Positions 27,068 to 32,000 of a DNA stretch of 32,000 nucleotides are shown here, piece after piece. This DNA comes from Moritella sp. JT01. GTDB lineage: Bacteria; Pseudomonadota; Gammaproteobacteria; Enterobacterales; Moritellaceae. The stretch is from NCBI RefSeq assembly GCF_001574435.1, contig NZ_LOCN01000024.1, forward strand, positions 130,793 through 162,792, written 5' to 3'. The position numbers and the translations under genes are program-made. Under the pieces are notes generated by a model. It made no database searches and was not told the origin of the DNA. It saw nothing but the letters and a program-made list of their open reading frames with translations. How positions within the stretch are numbered: position 1 is the stretch's first letter; every line of letters starts with the position of its first letter.

Positions 27068-29998
27068 ATGACTCAATTTAAAATAATTCTGAGACTGATA
27101 TTAAAATTTATGCATTCTTTATTGTCTTTACTATTTTTTATCACTTTTAGTCTACACGCCACTTTTGTACAAGCAGAAGGCGTTGTTATTGATTCTGACT
27201 TTAAGGTTGGCCGTCTTGGTACATCAACAAAGTATTTTGAAGATAAAACCAATTCATATACATTTGATTATTTGTCACAAAGACAATCTGCTATTCCATG
27301 GGTTAAAACTAATCAAACTCATTTTAATTTTGGTTTTTCAGATAGCACATTTTGGTTTAAGGGTGAAATAGTTAATAAAACGAACGTTGATAAATACCTG
27401 ATTATTGATTTTGGTGATTCGCTGTTAGATCAAATAGATCTTTATTTGATGCATGAAAATGGACCGTTGGTTGTAAAAAGACTCGGTACGCGTCGTTTGG
27501 GTGAGGACAATATGTCTAAACTTACATTCGCTACGGGTTTTAAGGTTGAAGCGGGTGAAAGAGTGAGTTACTTCATTCGAATTAAAACAAGTGCCTTTTT
27601 ACAAACCCCTCTCACGATCCGGAATGCGAACGATTTCATTGACGAACAATCACAACATAAATTAATGGTTGGTATGTTTACTGGCCTATTTTTAATGATG
27701 GTATGTTATCTAATATTTTTATATATTCACCTGCGTGAACCACGATTAATCCAATATGTTGTATTTATCATGTGTTATCTCTCTGTTATATGGATTTTAG
27801 AAGGTTTTGGCTTTGTTTATAATGTAAGTTTTATAGCTCATTATTATGATTCAATAATCGTGATATTAATGGGTATGATTGGTTTAAACTTGAGTTTATT
27901 TGCACGGCAATTATTAAAGTTAAGATACCGTTCTTGGTTTTCGGTATCGACAAAAACACTCATCTTTTTCTCGACGGTTGTTATTTCAAGTCCAGTATTA
28001 TTTTCATTTAAAACCGGCATCATATTGATGTCTATTTTGGCCTTTGGCATTACATTGTTGTCGATTGTTTGTGGTTTATTTTTTATCCGTAATGAATCTA
28101 AAGATGTTCGTTTTTATGTGCTGTCATTGGTGTATTTTATACTTGGTATTGATATTCACATATTAACCCGTTTCGGGTTGCTTGGTCAGAATGAGTTTAC
28201 GGATTATATCTCGGCATTTTCGGCTTTAATCGTATTGGTTTATTTATGTTGGAATTTTGCAAAGCAAATGGCGCATGACCGGATTGTAAAAAAAGATGTC
28301 GAAAAGCAAATGACATCAGCCAATGAGCGTTATTACAACGTATTTCAAAATGCAGCCGAGGGTATGTTTACGACTTCACTTGAAGGGGACATATTAGCGA
28401 TTAATAAATCAATGTGCAGATTACTCGGTTTTATTAATTTAGAGGACATGGAAAAGTCAGGAAATCTAACCGCAGATGAGTTTTATGCAGACCCTGACTT
28501 GCGTGAGAAGATAATAGAGAAACTTCGTATTGAAGGTGAAATAAATAGCATTGAGATGTCTGGTTATGACCGTTATGGTGAAATATTCCACGGTGAAATC
28601 AATATGCGTCTAAATATACAAGCGGATATAACAGTCATAGATGGTTCATTTGTCAATACGACAAAACGTAAGCAACATGAAATAAAATTGGCGTCTATTG
28701 CTAAATATGATCAGTTGACAGGGCTTGTGAATCGTATTCATTTTGAAAAATTGGTGGGTGTATCTTTAGAAAGTAAGTGTTCGGTATTAGAAGACAATAT
28801 TTTACTTTATTTAGACCTAGATCAGTTTAAATTAGTCAATGATATTTGCGGGCATGATGTGGGTGATTCATTATTGAAAAAAATCACTGTGGTTTTAAAA
28901 TCATTCCTTGATGCCAATGCAATATTGGCACGATTGGGTGGTGATGAATTTGGTATTCTGCTTAACAAGACGAACTTTGATAGTGCGTTAGAAACTGCAG
29001 ACACCATTCGCTGTGGTATTGAAAAATTTAGGTTTACACATAATGGTCGACATTTTGTGTTAGGTGTCAGCATTGGTGTTGTCACTTTAGATGAGTCAAT
29101 TGAAAATTTTTCACAAGCATTGAGTCTTGCTGATACAGCGTGTTTTACAGCAAAAGAGCAAGGACGTAATCGCGTTCATGTGTACAGTAAAAGTAATGAT
29201 GTAATGCTTGGTCATCAACGTGAAATGCGTTGGATCGGAGTATTACGAGAGGCGTTAGATGCAGATAGATTCGAGCTTGCGTTTCAAACTATCAAGCCTT
29301 TATCTCCTTCTGTTAATGAGGGCTATCGTTATGAAATTTTACTTAGGTTAAGAGATGAGCAAGGTATTTTACAATCACCAAGTGAGTTTATTGCCGCCGC
29401 TGAAAATTATAATTTTATGTCGCAGCTTGATCGTTGGGTTGTTAAAACGTACTGCCAATGGTTATCATCTAACCCTAAACATCTCGAACTTCTTACTTCA
29501 GCTTCAATTAATTTATGCGGACAATCTTTAGTTGATCGCAGTATGCATACCTATATAGAAAAAACAATTTCGGACTATGGCATCCCCCCTGAAAAACTGT
29601 GTTTTGAAATTACAGAAAGTCAGGCAATTATGGACTTTGATCGAACAATACTGTTTATGAACAAGTTTAAAGATTTGGGTTGCCGTTTTAGTTTGGACGA
29701 TTTTGGTAGTGGGTTTTCTTCATACAGTTATATTAAACGATTGCCAATTGATCAACTTAAAATTGATGGTTCATTTGTTAAAAATATTGAAACAGATCAT
29801 GTTGATTACACGATGGTTAAGTCATTTAATGAAATTGCAAAAGCGGTTAATATTAAAACGGTAGCTGAATATGTGGAAAATGAAAACATTAAAAATATCC
29901 TGTCAGGAATAGGGATTGATTATGTTCAAGGCTATTTAATAGCCAAACCTGCACTTTTAGTCGATTTAGTTGATATTGAGCACCTAGATTCTGCTTAA
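27068..29998 (+). CDS. Membrane c-di-GMP signalling protein: 7TMR-DISM extracellular + 7TM + PAS + GGDEF + EAL
   Basis: 976 aa. Signal peptide; DISMED-like STFWFKGEIVNKTNVDKYLIIDFGDSLLDQIDLYL; multiple TMs; PAS-like NERYYNVFQNAAEGMFTTSLEGDILAINKSMCRLLGF; GGDEF ARLGGDEFGILLNK; EAL-like YEILLRLRDEQG...DDFGSGFSSYSYIKRLPIDQLKIDGSFVKNI. Confidence 0.95.
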   Translation: MTQFKIILRLILKFMHSLLSLLFFITFSLHATFVQAEGVVIDSDFKVGRLGTSTKYFEDKTNSYTFDYLSQRQSAIPWVKTNQTHFNFGFSDSTFWFKGEIVNKTNVDKYLIIDFGDSLLDQIDLYLMHENGPLVVKRLGTRRLGEDNMSKLTFATGFKVEAGERVSYFIRIKTSAFLQTPLTIRNANDFIDEQSQHKLMVGMFTGLFLMMVCYLIFLYIHLREPRLIQYVVFIMCYLSVIWILEGFGFVYNVSFIAHYYDSIIVILMGMIGLNLSLFARQLLKLRYRSWFSVSTKTLIFFSTVVISSPVLFSFKTGIILMSILAFGITLLSIVCGLFFIRNESKDVRFYVLSLVYFILGIDIHILTRFGLLGQNEFTDYISAFSALIVLVYLCWNFAKQMAHDRIVKKDVEKQMTSANERYYNVFQNAAEGMFTTSLEGDILAINKSMCRLLGFINLEDMEKSGNLTADEFYADPDLREKIIEKLRIEGEINSIEMSGYDRYGEIFHGEINMRLNIQADITVIDGSFVNTTKRKQHEIKLASIAKYDQLTGLVNRIHFEKLVGVSLESKCSVLEDNILLYLDLDQFKLVNDICGHDVGDSLLKKITVVLKSFLDANAILARLGGDEFGILLNKTNFDSALETADTIRCGIEKFRFTHNGRHFVLGVSIGVVTLDESIENFSQALSLADTACFTAKEQGRNRVHVYSKSNDVMLGHQREMRWIGVLREALDADRFELAFQTIKPLSPSVNEGYRYEILLRLRDEQGILQSPSEFIAAAENYNFMSQLDRWVVKTYCQWLSSNPKHLELLTSASINLCGQSLVDRSMHTYIEKTISDYGIPPEKLCFEITESQAIMDFDRTILFMNKFKDLGCRFSLDDFGSGFSSYSYIKRLPIDQLKIDGSFVKNIETDHVDYTMVKSFNEIAKAVNIKTVAEYVENENIKNILSGIGIDYVQGYLIAKPALLVDLVDIEHLDSA

Positions 29999-30028
29999 GT
30001 ACTAGCACTTCGGCTTACTTTTGAGTAA

Positions 30029-31072
<1,044 letters not shown>

Positions 31073-31086
31073 GATAGGACTCAATA

Positions 31087-32000
31087 ATGAAATTCAGTAA
31101 TGAATGGTTACAAACTTGGGTTAAACCAGGTCTTACAAATGAAGAGCTAGCTCATCAAATCACGATGGCTGGTCTTGAAGTTGACGGTATTGACGCTGTT
31201 GCGGGTGATTTTACTGGTATCGTTGTGGGTCACGTTGTTGAATGTGGTCAACACCCAGATGCAGATAAATTACAAGTAACTAAAATTGATATTGGTGCAG
31301 AAGAGTTAATTGATATCGTATGTGGTGCAGCTAACTGCCGTGAAGGACTAAAAGTTGCGGTTGCAACCGTTGGTGCTGTATTACCTGGCGATTTCAAAAT
31401 TAAAAAAGCAAAACTACGTGGTCAACCATCACACGGTATGCTTTGTTCTGAGTCTGAAATGGGAATGGCTGAATCAGCAGATGGTATCATTGAATTACCA
31501 GCTGATGCAGTACCGGGTACTTGTATCCGCGAATGCCTTGGTCTTGATGATGTTACGATCGAAGTTGATCTAACACCTAACCGTGCTGATTGTCTAAGTA
31601 TCGCAGGTATTGCTCGTGAAGTCGGTGTTTTAAACAACATTGCTGTAACGGCACCTGAATGGACAAATGCAACGGAAACAAGTTCTGAAACAGTAAGTGT
31701 TTCTGTAGACGCAACAGCACTGTGTCCTCGTTACCTTGGTCGTGTGATCAGCAACTTAGATGTGACGGCGAAAACGCCTTTATGGATGGTAGAGCGCCTA
31801 CGCCGTTGTGGTACTCGTTCAATTGATCCAATCGTTGACGTTACTAACTATGTATTGTTAGAACTAGGTCAACCAATGCATGCATTTGACTTAGCGACTT
31901 TAACGGGTGGTATTAATGTTCGTCTTGCAAACCAAGATGAAAAATTAACACTACTTGACGGTAATGAAGTTAAGCTAAATGACAATACACTTGTTATTGC
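31087..32000 (+). CDS. pheT: Phenylalanyl-tRNA synthetase beta subunit, truncated by the window edge
   Basis: Not in the supplied track. Hand translation from ATG 31087 gives [70 protein letters not shown]...[17 protein letters not shown]...[22 protein letters not shown]-like. No stop before 32000. Confidence 0.97.
   Translation, partial: MKFSNEWLQTWVKPGLTNEELAHQITMAGLEVDGIDAVAGDFTGIVVGHVVECGQHPDADKLQVTKIDIGAEELIDIVCGAANCREGLKVAVATVGAVLPGDFKIKKAKLRGQPSHGMLCSESEMGMAESADGIIELPADAVPGTCIRECLGLDDVTIEVDLTPNRADCLSIAGIAREVGVLNNIAVTAPEWTNATETSSETVSVSVDATALCPRYLGRVISNLDVTAKTPLWMVERLRRCGTRSIDPIVDVTNYVLLELGQPMHAFDLATLTGGINVRLANQDEKLTLLDGNEVKLNDNTLVI

Overview
The window reads as a gamma-proteobacterial (Moritella/Vibrio-like) chromosome segment. 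From left to right it contains: (1) an edge-truncated minus-strand serine beta-lactamase-like hydrolase whose reading frame has no ATG/GTG/TTG start upstream of its signal peptide; (2) a small plus-strand T6SS island (clpV/tssH, hcp/tssD, vgrG/tssI, PAAR) followed by two co-oriented cargo/accessory genes, one of them a divergent ketosynthase-like protein; (3) an ExeM/NucH-like secreted nuclease with a 9-bp tandem-repeat linker and a GlyGly-CTERM-like tail; (4) a DEAD-box helicase; (5) a compact five-gene minus-strand operon (13943-18920), which is the main discovery candidate. It encodes a MotA-like stator, a MotB-like stator with an intact channel Asp and an OmpA/PG-binding domain, a 606-aa protein that reads by eye as a natural FliF(RBM3+TM2)-FliG(middle+C-terminal) fusion, a TPR lipoprotein, and a secreted protein with a FlgO/CsgG-like N-terminal half and a beta-barrel-like C-terminal half. 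No other flagellar genes are present in the window, so this looks like a stripped-down, non-flagellar, ion-driven rotary or force-generating envelope machine. Further right are an AlaX-like editing protein, a Bcr/CflA MFS transporter, alaE, a DUF2797 protein, thrS, infC (start codon ATA, overlapping the thrS stop), rpmI, rplT, a 7TM-DISM/PAS/GGDEF/EAL protein inserted before pheS, then pheS and the start of pheT. All homology calls are from motif recognition by eye. No database search was run.
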